This document shows, piece by piece, positions 17,754-26,907 of a stretch of 64,000 nt of DNA. The stretch covers positions 23,767 through 87,766 of the forward strand of contig DATGIZ010000025.1 of the NCBI GenBank assembly GCA_035295465.1, written 5' to 3'. Under the pieces are notes generated by a model. The model searched no databases. It had not been told where the DNA came from and saw nothing but the letters and a program-made list of their open reading frames with translations. This DNA comes from Candidatus Binatia bacterium. Lineage in GTDB: Bacteria; Desulfobacterota; Binatia; DP-6. The position numbers and the translations under genes are program-made. Positions within the stretch are counted from its first letter, which is position 1; every line of letters begins with the position of its first letter.

Positions 17754-18683
17754 ATGGGAGACATGCTCGCCGGCCGCGTGGCGGTCGTGACCGGCGCCGG
17801 CCGCGGCATCGGCCGCGGGGTGGCGCTGGCGCTCGCCGCCGCCGGCGCGAAGGTGGTGGTCAACGACTACGGGGTGAACCTCGACGGCTCCGCGCCGTCG
17901 GCGGGGCCGGCGTTCGACGTGGTCGCCGAGATCGAGCGCGCGGGTGGGGAGGCCGCCGGCAGCACCGAGTCGGTCGCCGACTGGAGCAGCGCCAAGCGCA
18001 TCATCGACACGGCCGTCGAGCGCTTCGGCCGCATCGACGTGCTGGTCACGTGCGCCGGCGTGCTGCGCGACCGCATGATCTTCAACATGAGCGAGGAGGA
18101 GTGGGACGCGGTCCTCGCGGTGCACCTGAAGGGCACCTTCAATTGCGTGCGGCACGCCTGCACCCACATGCGCGAGCAGCGCTACGGGCGCATCGTCACG
18201 TTCAGCTCCGGAGCCGGGCTCTTCGGCAACCCCGGGCAGGCGAACTACGGCGCGGCCAAGTCGGCGATCGGCGGCCTCACCAAGGTGGCGGCGCGCGACC
18301 TCGGCCGTTACGGGGTGACGGTGAACGCGATCTGCCCGGTGGCCGGGACCCGCATGACGCTGAGCGACGCCTATCTCCGCGCCCGCGAGCTGCGCCACCA
18401 GCAGGGCATCCGGCGCGAGGACCGCGGCGTCGCGGACATCGAGCGCCTCGACCCGGAGGACGTGGCGCCGATGGTCGTCTACCTCGCCAGCGAGCAGGCG
18501 GCGAGCGTCAACGGGCAGTTCTTCCTCTGCTGGGGCAACGCGGTGGCGCTCATCTCCCAGCCGCGGCCGGTGAAGACGCTCTTCAAGGGCGACGGCTACT
18601 GGACGCTCGACGACCTCGAGCGGCTGGCCCCCGCGACGGTGCTCGAGGGCCTCGTCAACCCCGCGCCCCCGAAGGAGGCCTGA
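17754..18683 (+). CDS. short-chain dehydrogenase/reductase, MFE-2 (HSD17B4)-type
   Basis: GRVAVVTGAGRGIGRG, VVNDYG, NAGVLRD-like CAGVLRD and NYGAAK motifs. Start taken at MGDMLAGR (the track ORF starts at 17715). Confidence 0.9.
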   Translation: MGDMLAGRVAVVTGAGRGIGRGVALALAAAGAKVVVNDYGVNLDGSAPSAGPAFDVVAEIERAGGEAAGSTESVADWSSAKRIIDTAVERFGRIDVLVTCAGVLRDRMIFNMSEEEWDAVLAVHLKGTFNCVRHACTHMREQRYGRIVTFSSGAGLFGNPGQANYGAAKSAIGGLTKVAARDLGRYGVTVNAICPVAGTRMTLSDAYLRARELRHQQGIRREDRGVADIERLDPEDVAPMVVYLASEQAASVNGQFFLCWGNAVALISQPRPVKTLFKGDGYWTLDDLERLAPATVLEGLVNPAPPKEA

Positions 18684-18688
18684 CGGCG

Positions 18689-19618
18689 ATGGGCGAGCGG
18701 CTGAAGGGCAGGGTCGCGGTGGTCACCGGGGCGGGCCGGGGGATCGGCCGGGCGATCGCCGCGCTGATGGCGGCCGAAGGCGCGGCGGTGGTGGTGAACG
18801 ACGTCGGCGCCGCCGTCGACGGCAGCGGGGCGGCGGCCGACGTCGCCGACGAAGTCGTGCGCGCGATCCGCGCCGAGGGCGGCACGGCGGTCGCCAACCA
18901 CGACAGCGTGAGCGATTTCCGCGCCGCCGAGCAGATCGTCGGCACGGCGATCCGCGAGTTCGGCCGGATCGACGTGCTGGTGAACAACGCCGGCATCCTC
19001 CGCGATCGCATGATCTTCAACATGAGCGAGGCGGAGTGGGACGCGGTCGTCGCCGTGCATTTGAAGGGCACCTTCAACTGCACGCGGCACGCGGCGGTTC
19101 ACATGCGCCAGCAGCGCGGCGGCCGCATCGTGTCGATGTCGTCGACCTCGGGTGTGTTCGGCAACACCGGGCAGGTGAACTACGGCGCGGCGAAGGACGG
19201 CATCGCGGGGCTCACGCGGGTCGCCGCCCGCGATCTCGGCCGCTACGGCATCACGGTGAACGCCGTGTGCCCGGGCGCGGCCACGCGCATGACCGCGACC
19301 GTGCCGGAGAGCGCGCGCGAGGCGCGGGCGAAAGGCCGGATCGCCGGCCCCGCCGGCGCGCGCCCGCAGGCGCTGGCGCACATGGGGCCCGAGAACGTCG
19401 CCCCGTGGGTCGTCTACCTCGCCACCGACGCCGCCCGCGACGTGAACGGGCAGGTCTTCTTCGTGATGGGCGGGTTGATCGCGCTGCTCGACTACCCCGC
19501 CCCCGTGCGCACCATCCAGAAGGAGGGGCGCTGGACGCCCGAGGAGATCGCGCTCGTCTTCTCGCGCACGCTCGGGATGGACCTGGTGAACCCGGCGCCC
19601 GTGCAGGAGCCCGCGTAG
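18689..19618 (+). CDS. short-chain dehydrogenase/reductase, MFE-2-type (tandem paralog)
   Basis: Internal start of track ORF 17396..19618, preceded by GAAGGAGG 11 nt upstream. It carries the same motif set (GRVAVVTGAGRGIGRA, VNNAGILRD, NYGAAK). Confidence 0.9.
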   Translation: MGERLKGRVAVVTGAGRGIGRAIAALMAAEGAAVVVNDVGAAVDGSGAAADVADEVVRAIRAEGGTAVANHDSVSDFRAAEQIVGTAIREFGRIDVLVNNAGILRDRMIFNMSEAEWDAVVAVHLKGTFNCTRHAAVHMRQQRGGRIVSMSSTSGVFGNTGQVNYGAAKDGIAGLTRVAARDLGRYGITVNAVCPGAATRMTATVPESAREARAKGRIAGPAGARPQALAHMGPENVAPWVVYLATDAARDVNGQVFFVMGGLIALLDYPAPVRTIQKEGRWTPEEIALVFSRTLGMDLVNPAPVQEPA

Positions 19619-19637
19619 GCGGGGCGGCGGAGGAGGA

Positions 19638-19670
19638 GGCGGAGACGGCTGCGGCCGCGCCGTCTCCGCC
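19638..19670. terminator. perfect 12-bp GC-rich hairpin between convergent genes
   Basis: GGCGGAGACGGC (19638-19649) and GCCGTCTCCGCC (19659-19670) with a 9-nt loop. It lies between the SDR stop (19618) and the stop of the minus-strand gene (19685). There is no T-tract. Confidence 0.5.
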
Positions 19671-19684
19671 GGCGGGAGCTGCGA

Positions 19685-19960
19685 TCAGGAGGGAAGGGGC
19701 TCGGACTTCTTGTCGGCGGCGGCCACGTTCGCGGTCTCCTCCTCGCGGTTGGCGTCCATCAGCGCGCGGAGGATGCGCTCCATGACCGTGATCTCCGTGT
19801 TCATGGACATGAGGCTGTCGAGGGTGCCCGCCCAGTGCTCCTCGGGGCCCGAGTTGTTGTTGGAGAGCACGGCGAGATGCCGAGCGGTCGTCAGCAACGC
19901 GTCCGAGGCGAGCTTCAGGTGGACGGCCAAGTCGGTGAAGGTCTCGCGGTCGATGATCAT
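19685..19960 (-). CDS. hypothetical protein (91 aa)
   Basis: Track ORF trimmed to MIIDRETFTDL at 19960. Codons end almost uniformly in G/C. No family recognised. Confidence 0.6.
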   Translation of the reverse strand: MIIDRETFTDLAVHLKLASDALLTTARHLAVLSNNNSGPEEHWAGTLDSLMSMNTEITVMERILRALMDANREEETANVAAADKKSEPLPS

Positions 19961-20238
19961 GGCGGGGTGCCCCCTCTCTGTACGGGCCCCCGAGTAGCGA
20001 AAGCGGTGCCAGGAGGCCGCGCGCCCTGCGTTCGCCACGGCGCCTTCTCGCAGGCGCGCCACGGCTCCTGCCGGGACGCGCCTGCGCGGCGCAGATCCCG
20101 CGTGTTCTCGGGATGTTGGCGCGTGGCGGCCGGCGCGCCGGCGAACGGCGGCGGCGGCGGGAAGGACGCAGGTGCCGCAGCGGGCGCGCGGTGTGTGCGC
20201 CGCCGGGCTGTGCCAGCGGGACCGTGCAAACCTGAGAA

Positions 20239-20280
20239 GGCACGCGCGGGGCTTGCGCGCCTGCGCCAGGTGCGCGTGCC
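20239..20280 (-). terminator. hairpin just downstream of the PPOX-family gene
   Basis: GGCACGCGC (20239-20247) pairs with GCGCGTGCC (20272-20280), 5 nt past the stop at 20285. The loop is long (24 nt), so this is weak. Confidence 0.3.
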
Positions 20281-20284
20281 GGCC

Positions 20285-20722
20285 TCAGGGCACGGCCCGC
20301 CAGAACACGACGCGCGCCGGCTCGATGCGCACCACCGGGTGCGCGGGCGGGTCGTCGAGCGCCATGGCGTCGTACTGCGGGTAGCGCGCGCGCAGGAGCC
20401 GCAGCGCCGCGGCGTGCGCCGCGGCGTCGCCGACGATCGCGGCCGGCCCGCGCACGAGCACCCAGGCGAGCCGCCGCCAGTCCTCGTCCCAGTCATCGAC
20501 GACGAGGGCGGCGCGGGGGTTCTCGCGCAAGTTCCGCAGGCGCAGCAGCGCGCGCGCCGGACGCCGCTTCGGCTTCGCGTCGGCGACGAAGTAGACCGCC
20601 GCCTCGTCGAGCGCATAGCAGACCGGCACCACGTGCGGTGCACCGTCGCGCCCGGCGGTCGCGAGGTGCCCGACGCGGTGCGCCTCAAGAAAGCGCCGCG
20701 CCTCCGCCGTCCAGCCCGGCAT
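20285..20722 (-). CDS. pyridoxamine 5'-phosphate oxidase family protein (possibly F420-dependent)
   Basis: Trimmed to MPGWTAEARRFLEAHRVGHLATAGRDGAPHVVPVCY, the classic PPOX-fold N-terminus. It overlaps the MBL gene tail by 38 nt. Confidence 0.8.
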   Translation of the reverse strand: MPGWTAEARRFLEAHRVGHLATAGRDGAPHVVPVCYALDEAAVYFVADAKPKRRPARALLRLRNLRENPRAALVVDDWDEDWRRLAWVLVRGPAAIVGDAAAHAAALRLLRARYPQYDAMALDDPPAHPVVRIEPARVVFWRAVP

Positions 20723-21710
20723 AGCGGACGCGCAGCCCGGCGAACTCGGCTTCCGCCTCGGCGGCGATCGCGCCGTAGCGCCCCTCGTAGCGTGGCGAGA
20801 AGTGGAAGACGTGCAGCCGCTTGACGCCGGCCGCGCGGGCGAGCGCGCCCGCCTGCCCCGCGGTGAGGTGGTAGCGGCGCGTCGCCTGCTCGATGTCCTC
20901 TTCGAGGAACGGCGCCTCGCAGAAGAAGAGGTCCGCGCCGGCGGCGAGCCGCACGATGCGCCGCGCGTTGGCCGGCGAGAAGAGCGTGTCGACGACGTAG
21001 GCGATCTTCTGCCCCGGCGTGACGACGAGGAGCGCGTCGCGCAGCGCCGCGAGCGGCCGGCGGTCGCCGGGGGCGACCTCGATCGGCGTGTCGTCGGGCC
21101 GCCCGGCGCGCACGGCCGCCTTGAGCACGTTGAGCCACGGGCCCGCCCGCAGCCCCGAGGCCTCGAGCGCATCGGCGCGCACGTTCAGGTGCGTCCGTTC
21201 GCTGACCGCGTAGGCCATGGACACGACCTTGTGGTCGAGGGGCGCGGCCTCGACGGTCACCGCGGGATCGGCGACGACCACGCCGGTGAACGGACGCGAT
21301 GGGCCGAGCGCCTCGCGCGCGAAGCGATGGCGGGCCGCGAAGCGACAGGTCGTGAGCGTGCTCTCGCCGATCTCGGTCACCTCGAGCGTGAAGGCGTACT
21401 CGTCGGTGAGGTTCCAGGTATAGCCGGCGAGCTTGCCGGCGACGTGATCGGCGATGCCCGCCGGCCCGTAGAGCCGCAGCGTCGCGTCGCGGGCGAGGAA
21501 GAGCCGCAGGAGCTGGTCGAAGCCCATGAAGTGGTCCATGTGGGCGTGCGACACGAACACCGCCTCGACGCGCAGCAGCGTCGCGGCGGGCGTGCGGTCG
21601 ATGCGGCCCAAGTCGATCAGCAGCGCGCGCCCCTGCCAGCGCAACGACACGAGGAGCGCCGGGTCGCCCGTCTGGCCGTTGAGCAGCCGCGGCCGGAAGC
21701 TCGTCTTCAT
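20685..21710 (-). CDS. MBL-fold metallo-hydrolase (RNase Z-like)
   Basis: VFVSHAHMDHFMG HxHxDH motif in a 341-aa ORF. Confidence 0.85.
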   Translation of the reverse strand: MKTSFRPRLLNGQTGDPALLVSLRWQGRALLIDLGRIDRTPAATLLRVEAVFVSHAHMDHFMGFDQLLRLFLARDATLRLYGPAGIADHVAGKLAGYTWNLTDEYAFTLEVTEIGESTLTTCRFAARHRFAREALGPSRPFTGVVVADPAVTVEAAPLDHKVVSMAYAVSERTHLNVRADALEASGLRAGPWLNVLKAAVRAGRPDDTPIEVAPGDRRPLAALRDALLVVTPGQKIAYVVDTLFSPANARRIVRLAAGADLFFCEAPFLEEDIEQATRRYHLTAGQAGALARAAGVKRLHVFHFSPRYEGRYGAIAAEAEAEFAGLRVRYAGLDGGGAALS

Positions 21711-21717
21711 GCGGCGC

Positions 21718-21960
21718 TCAGGCCGACTGCATCTCCTGAAGGATCAGGCTGGCCGCGTCGGCCATCATCTCCTGCATGATCTCGCGCAGGGACTTCTCGC
21801 CGTCCTCGAGCTTCCCGGTGAGCTTGGAGAGGAGCGCGAAGTAGCGCTCCTTGGTCTCGACGCTCATGCCCGCGAGCCGTCCGTTCATGGCCTTCATGAA
21901 GCGCTTGTGCGTGTCGACGATCTGGCGATCGAGGTCCTGCTCGACGGCGGTCGCTGCCAT
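21718..21960 (-). CDS. hypothetical protein (80 aa)
   Basis: MAATAVEQDLDRQIV..., high GC3, stop 7 nt before the MBL start. Internal part of track ORF 21718..22794. Confidence 0.6.
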   Translation of the reverse strand: MAATAVEQDLDRQIVDTHKRFMKAMNGRLAGMSVETKERYFALLSKLTGKLEDGEKSLREIMQEMMADAASLILQEMQSA

Positions 21961-22050
21961 GGGCGGAGTATAGGAGAGGGCGCTGCCGCGATTCAACGCG
22001 CGACGCGCGCGGCTTGGCCGCGGCGCGCCGCGCTGGTAGACGGAGGGCCG

Positions 22051-22311
22051 ATGCCTGACGTCGTGCCGATCCTGCTCCGCGTGCCGCGGCGCGAGATCGC
22101 CTACGTCAAGTTCGTCTTCGAGTCCTACGAGGGCGTGGCCGTGGTGCGCACGCTCGATCCCCGCGAGGCGCGGTTGGTCGTGCTCGCGGCGCCCGACTTC
22201 GCCGACCAGGCGCGCGCGATCGTCGGGGCGCTCGGCGCCGAGGGCGTCTGCGCGGAGGTCGCGCTGCCCGAAGGGCCGGCGCCCGACTGGCTCGGCCCCG
22301 AGCCGCGCTAG
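22051..22311 (+). CDS. DUF4911-like small protein
   Basis: MPDVVPILLRVPRREIAYVKFVFESYEGVAVVRT matches my recollection of the DUF4911 pattern. GGAGGG lies 4 nt upstream of the ATG. Confidence 0.6.
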   Translation: MPDVVPILLRVPRREIAYVKFVFESYEGVAVVRTLDPREARLVVLAAPDFADQARAIVGALGAEGVCAEVALPEGPAPDWLGPEPR

Positions 22312-23072
22312 GCGTTCGGGGCGTCGGCGGCCGCCGGGGCCTTGGCCGGCGCGGCCAGGTAGGCGACGCCGATGCTGATCGCGTAGAGGACGAGCAGCGG
22401 CGTCGCCATCATCATCTGCGAGGCCACGTCGGGCCCGGGGGTGAGCACCGCCGCGACGATGAAGATCACGACGATCGAGTAGCGGCCGTAGGTGATGAGC
22501 GTGCGGTGCGTGACCAGGCCCACCTTGGCCAGGAAGAAGGTCACCACCGGCAGCTCGAAGGTCACCCCGAACCCGAGGAGCATGCGCGCGGTGAACGACA
22601 GGTACTCGCTGATGCGGATCTGCGGCGCGACCCCGATCGACGTGAACTCCTCGAGGAAGAACTCGTAGGCCACGGGGAACACGAACCAGTAGCAGAAGGC
22701 GGCGCCCGCGACGAAGAAGAACGACGCGGCGATCGCGAACGGCAGGGCGACCCGCTTCTCGGTCCGGTAGAGCCCCGGCGCGACGAACTGCCACGCCTGG
22801 TAGAAGATGACCGGGCTCGACGCGAAGACGCCGGCGATCAGCGAGACCTTGAGCTTGGTGAAGAAGGCCTCGGTGACGCCGGTGCCGATGACCAACGCCT
22901 GGTCGGGCCGCAGCGCGGTGAGCGGCCGCATGAGGAACGCGACCACCGGCTGGGCGAAGGCGTAGCAGACCCCGAAGCCGGCGACGACCGCGATGAGCGC
23001 GCGCACGATGCGCCAGCGCAGCTCCTCCAGGTGCGCGGTGAGCGGCATCCGCGCATCGGACTCGGCGTCCAT
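22308..23072 (-). CDS. tatC: twin-arginine translocase subunit TatC
   Basis: MPLTAHLEELRWRIV N-terminus and a six-TM profile. Confidence 0.9.
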   Translation of the reverse strand: MDAESDARMPLTAHLEELRWRIVRALIAVVAGFGVCYAFAQPVVAFLMRPLTALRPDQALVIGTGVTEAFFTKLKVSLIAGVFASSPVIFYQAWQFVAPGLYRTEKRVALPFAIAASFFFVAGAAFCYWFVFPVAYEFFLEEFTSIGVAPQIRISEYLSFTARMLLGFGVTFELPVVTFFLAKVGLVTHRTLITYGRYSIVVIFIVAAVLTPGPDVASQMMMATPLLVLYAISIGVAYLAAPAKAPAAADAPNA

Positions 23073-23089
23073 CCGGGGAAGGCGGGAGA

Positions 23090-23374
23090 TCAGGCGCGCC
23101 CGGAGGCCGGCTTCTCGGGAGCAGGCTCCGCGGGCGCGGCGGGCTCCGCGGAGGCGGCGGGCGGGGCCGCCGGCGCGACCGCCGCGCGGCGGTCGCGCTC
23201 CTCGTCCACCAGCGCCTGGTGCTGGAACTCCTCGAGCACGTCCGCCGTCTGGCGGCGGAACTCGGCCATCGCCTTGCCGAGCTGCCTCGCGACCTCGGGG
23301 AGGCGCTGGGGTCCGAGCACGATAAGCGCGACCACGAGGATCACGATCAGCTCGGGCATCCCGATGCCGAACAT
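23090..23374 (-). CDS. twin-arginine translocase TatA/TatB family subunit
   Basis: MFGIGMPELIVILVVALIVLGPQRLPEVARQLG: single TM plus an amphipathic helix. I cannot separate TatA from TatB. Confidence 0.85.
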   Translation of the reverse strand: MFGIGMPELIVILVVALIVLGPQRLPEVARQLGKAMAEFRRQTADVLEEFQHQALVDEERDRRAAVAPAAPPAASAEPAAPAEPAPEKPASGRA

Positions 23375-23440
23375 CAGGAGCCAGGGTAGGGGAAGACCCG
23401 CCCGAGTGTCAATTCAGGGCGGCCCTGCTATCGTCCCGCC

Positions 23441-24466
23441 ATGGCGGGCGGCACCGGCATCGTGCTCGACCGGCGCATGCTGGCGCACGATCCCGGCCAT
23501 GGACATCCGGAGCGGGCGGATCGTCTGCGCGTGCTGCTCGATCGCTTCGAGGGGGCGCGCGGCCTCGTGCGGCTCGGCGCGCGGCCGGCGAGCGAGGAGG
23601 AGCTCGCGCGCGTCCACGCACCGGCCCTGGTCGAGCGGGTCGCGGCGACGGCCGGCCGGCCCGCGGTCCGGTTCGACCCCGACACGGCCACCTCGGCCGG
23701 GTCGTGGGAGGCGGCGCGGCTCGCGGCCGGCGCGCTGCTCGAGCTGTGCGACGCCGTCGTCGACGGGCAGGTGGACAGCGGCTTCGCGCTCGTGCGCCCG
23801 CCGGGGCACCACGCCGAGCGGGCGCACGCGATGGGTTTCTGCCTCTTCAACAACGTCGCGGTGGCGGCCGCGCACCTGCGCCGCCGCGGCGTCGGCCGCG
23901 TGGCGATCGTCGACTGGGACCTCCACCACGGCAACGGCACCCAGCACCTCTTCGAGGAGGACCCCGACGTCCTCTACGTCTCCACCCACCAGTATCCCTA
24001 CTATCCCGGCACCGGCGCCGCGGAGGAGGTGGGCCGGGGCGCGGGCGCGGGGCGCACGCTCAACCTGCCGTTCCCCGCCGGCTTCGGCGACGCGGAGTTC
24101 GCGCGCGCCTTCGCCGAGGTGATCGTGCCCGTGTGCCGGCAGTTCGCGCCGGAGTTCGTGCTCGTCTCGGCGGGTTTCGACTGCGATGCGCGCGACCCGC
24201 TCGGCGGGCTCACGGTCACGCCGGCGGGCGTGGCGGCGATGGCGCAGGCGCTCGTCGGCCTCGCCGGCGAGACGGCGGGCGGGCGGATCGCCGCCGTTCT
24301 CGAGGGGGGCTACGATCTCGGGGCGATCGTCGACGGCGTCGACGCGGTGCTTGCCGCCATGCGCGGCGAGACGCGCGCCGCCGCGCTCGCCACCGGCGAC
24401 GCGCGCCGCGCCGACCGGGTCATCGACCGCGTGCGTGCCGCGCAGGCCCCGTACTGGACGATCTGA
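23441..24466 (+). CDS. histone deacetylase-family (acetylpolyamine/acetoin utilisation-type) deacetylase
   Basis: RPPGHHAE, DWDLHHGNGTQ and YPYYPGTG motifs. Confidence 0.9.
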   Translation: MAGGTGIVLDRRMLAHDPGHGHPERADRLRVLLDRFEGARGLVRLGARPASEEELARVHAPALVERVAATAGRPAVRFDPDTATSAGSWEAARLAAGALLELCDAVVDGQVDSGFALVRPPGHHAERAHAMGFCLFNNVAVAAAHLRRRGVGRVAIVDWDLHHGNGTQHLFEEDPDVLYVSTHQYPYYPGTGAAEEVGRGAGAGRTLNLPFPAGFGDAEFARAFAEVIVPVCRQFAPEFVLVSAGFDCDARDPLGGLTVTPAGVAAMAQALVGLAGETAGGRIAAVLEGGYDLGAIVDGVDAVLAAMRGETRAAALATGDARRADRVIDRVRAAQAPYWTI

Positions 24467-24467
24467 G

Positions 24468-26822
24468 TCAGTCCGTGTCCGCGGGCTCGTCGTGCTCCTG
24501 CGCGGGCGGGAGCGGGCCACCCTGGTCCCCGCCGGCGGCGGGCTCGAGGTGGTCCTGATCCTCGTCCGCGGCGCGCGCCACCTGTGTCGGCTCGTGGCCC
24601 TCGACGAACACCTCGAGCTTCGAGGGGCCGCCCGGCGCCGCGCGCAGCCCGGTGGCGGGGTCGACCTGGGCGAACGTGACGCCGTCGGGCACCGGGAAGT
24701 CGATGATCGGCCGGTTGTCGAGCGCCTGCTTCATGAACGCCGTCCAGATCGGTGCCGCGGCGTGGCCGCCGGTCTCCATCGGCCCGAGCGAGCGCTCGGA
24801 GTCGAAGCCGACCCAGACCCCGGCGAGCAGGTCGGGCGTGAAGCCGATGAACCAGGCGTCGTGCGTGTCGTTGGTGGTCCCGGTCTTGCCGGCCACCGGC
24901 CGGCCGAGCTCGGCCGCCTTGTGGCCGGTGCCCTTCTGCACGACGGTCTCCATCATGCTCGTGATGACGTAGGCCGTCGCCGGGCTCATCACGCGTTCGA
25001 ACGACGGCCGGGTGTGGGCGAAGGGCAGGGGCTGCCCCGCGTCGTCGGTGACCGCGGTGACGAAGATCGGGTCGAAGCGCTTGCCGAGGGTCGCGAGCAC
25101 GCCGTACGCGCGCACCAGCTCGAGCGGCGTCACCTCGGCGCTGCCGAGCGCGAGCGAGAGGTTGCGCGGCAACGGCCCCTCGAGCCCGAAGCGCTCGAGG
25201 TAGTTGCGCACGTAGTCGATCCCCATCGACATGACGAGCCGCACCGTCACCGTGTTGAGCGAGCGGGCGAGCGCCTCGCGCAGCGGCACGGGGCCGAAGT
25301 ACTCGTTCTTGAAGTTGCGCGGCGACCACGGCGGCTGGGAGCCGTTGGGCACGGTGATCGGGGCGTCGAGCATGATCGACGCCGGTGTGAAGCCGTGGTC
25401 GATCGCGGCCGAGTAGATGAGCGGCTTGAACGCCGAGCCCGGCTGGCGGCGGGCCTGCACGGCGCGGTTGAACTGGCTGCGGCCGAAGTCGTAGCCGCCG
25501 ACCATCGCCTTCACCTCGCCGGTGTACGGATCGAAGCAGACGAGCGCGCCCTGCACCTGCGGCTCCTGATCGAGGGCGAGCCGGGCGCTGCCGTCGGGCG
25601 CCCGCGCGACCACGGTCACCGCGATCACGTCGCCGGGATGGAACGCCTGGGGCTGGAGGCGCGTCTTGCCCCAGACGAGCCCGTCGGCGGGCAGCACGCC
25701 GCGCTCCCAGGGCGTGAGCACGCTCAGGCCCCCCGGGCGCACCTCGGTGACGACGCCGCGGCGCACCGGATCGGCGGGCGAGCGGCCCTCGGCCTCGCGG
25801 GCGAGGAAGGCCTGCGCCTTCTTCGCGTCGACGTGGCGGATCGGCCCGCGGAAGCCCTGGCGCTGGTCGAGCTCGCGCAGCCCCGAGCGCAGCGCCTCCT
25901 CGGCGGCGCGTTGAAGCTGGAGGTCGACGGCCGTGTAGACGCGCAGCCCGAGCTGCGCCGCCGCGCCGCCGTAGCGCTCTTCGAGCAGCCGGCGCACGTA
26001 TTCGACGTACCACGGCGCCGCCATGTAGGTGGCCGGCCGCCGCGGGGCGAAGACGAGCGGCTCGGCCACCGCCGCGTCGTACTGCTCGCGGGTGATGAAG
26101 CCCACCTCGCGCATGCGGTCGAGCACGTAGCGCTGGCGGGCGATCGCCTGCCGCGGATGGCGCTGCGGGTCGTAGCGGCTGGGCGCCTGCGGCAGCCCGG
26201 CGAGCAGCGCGGCCTGCGCGATCGTGAGCTGGCTCACGTCCTGGTCGAAGAAGGCGCGGGCCGCCGCGGCGATGCCGTAGGCGCCGGCGCCGAAGTAGAT
26301 CTGGTTGAGATAGAGGTAGAGGATGTCGTCCTTGGAGAGCTTGGTCTCGAGCCGCACCGCGAGGACGAGCTCTTTCAGCTTGCGTTCGTAGCTGCGCTCG
26401 GTCGAGAGCAGCAGGTTCTTCACCACCTGCTGGGTGATGGTGCTCCCGCCCTGCACCACCTGGTGGTGCGCGAGATTGGCCAGCGCCGCGCGCAGGATGC
26501 CGAGCCAGCTCACCCCGTGGTGCCGATAGAAGTTCGCGTCCTCGGCGGCGAGGAACGCGAGACGGACCTGCGGCGGGACGCGCTCGAGCGGCACCAGGTA
26601 GCGGCGCTCGACGTACAGCTCGCCGATGAGCGTGCCGTCGTCCGCGAAGATGCGGGTCGAGACCGGGGGCTGGTAGCGCAGGAGCTGGTCGACCGGCGGC
26701 AGGTTGGTGGTGATCTCGCGGTAGACGACGAAGCCGACGAGGCCGCCGGCGAGCAGCACGGCGGTGAGGCTCCAGAGCAGGAGCCGCCGGAGCACGCCCC
26801 CGCGCCGCTCGTCCCGTGCCAT
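24468..26822 (-). CDS. mrcA: penicillin-binding protein 1A (bifunctional transglycosylase/transpeptidase)
   Basis: Trimmed to MARDERRGG at 26822. EDANFYRHHG and GGSTITQQVVKN GT51 motifs, SAFKP and KTGTTN transpeptidase motifs. Confidence 0.9.
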   Translation of the reverse strand: MARDERRGGVLRRLLLWSLTAVLLAGGLVGFVVYREITTNLPPVDQLLRYQPPVSTRIFADDGTLIGELYVERRYLVPLERVPPQVRLAFLAAEDANFYRHHGVSWLGILRAALANLAHHQVVQGGSTITQQVVKNLLLSTERSYERKLKELVLAVRLETKLSKDDILYLYLNQIYFGAGAYGIAAAARAFFDQDVSQLTIAQAALLAGLPQAPSRYDPQRHPRQAIARQRYVLDRMREVGFITREQYDAAVAEPLVFAPRRPATYMAAPWYVEYVRRLLEERYGGAAAQLGLRVYTAVDLQLQRAAEEALRSGLRELDQRQGFRGPIRHVDAKKAQAFLAREAEGRSPADPVRRGVVTEVRPGGLSVLTPWERGVLPADGLVWGKTRLQPQAFHPGDVIAVTVVARAPDGSARLALDQEPQVQGALVCFDPYTGEVKAMVGGYDFGRSQFNRAVQARRQPGSAFKPLIYSAAIDHGFTPASIMLDAPITVPNGSQPPWSPRNFKNEYFGPVPLREALARSLNTVTVRLVMSMGIDYVRNYLERFGLEGPLPRNLSLALGSAEVTPLELVRAYGVLATLGKRFDPIFVTAVTDDAGQPLPFAHTRPSFERVMSPATAYVITSMMETVVQKGTGHKAAELGRPVAGKTGTTNDTHDAWFIGFTPDLLAGVWVGFDSERSLGPMETGGHAAAPIWTAFMKQALDNRPIIDFPVPDGVTFAQVDPATGLRAAPGGPSKLEVFVEGHEPTQVARAADEDQDHLEPAAGGDQGGPLPPAQEHDEPADTD

Positions 26823-26907
26823 ACCGTGCCGGGGCGGAGGGTATCCGCTCCTCCGGGGCTCGGCAACAACGGTCGACTTTCGCGCGGCGACTCGGTAGGA
26901 GCCCGTC

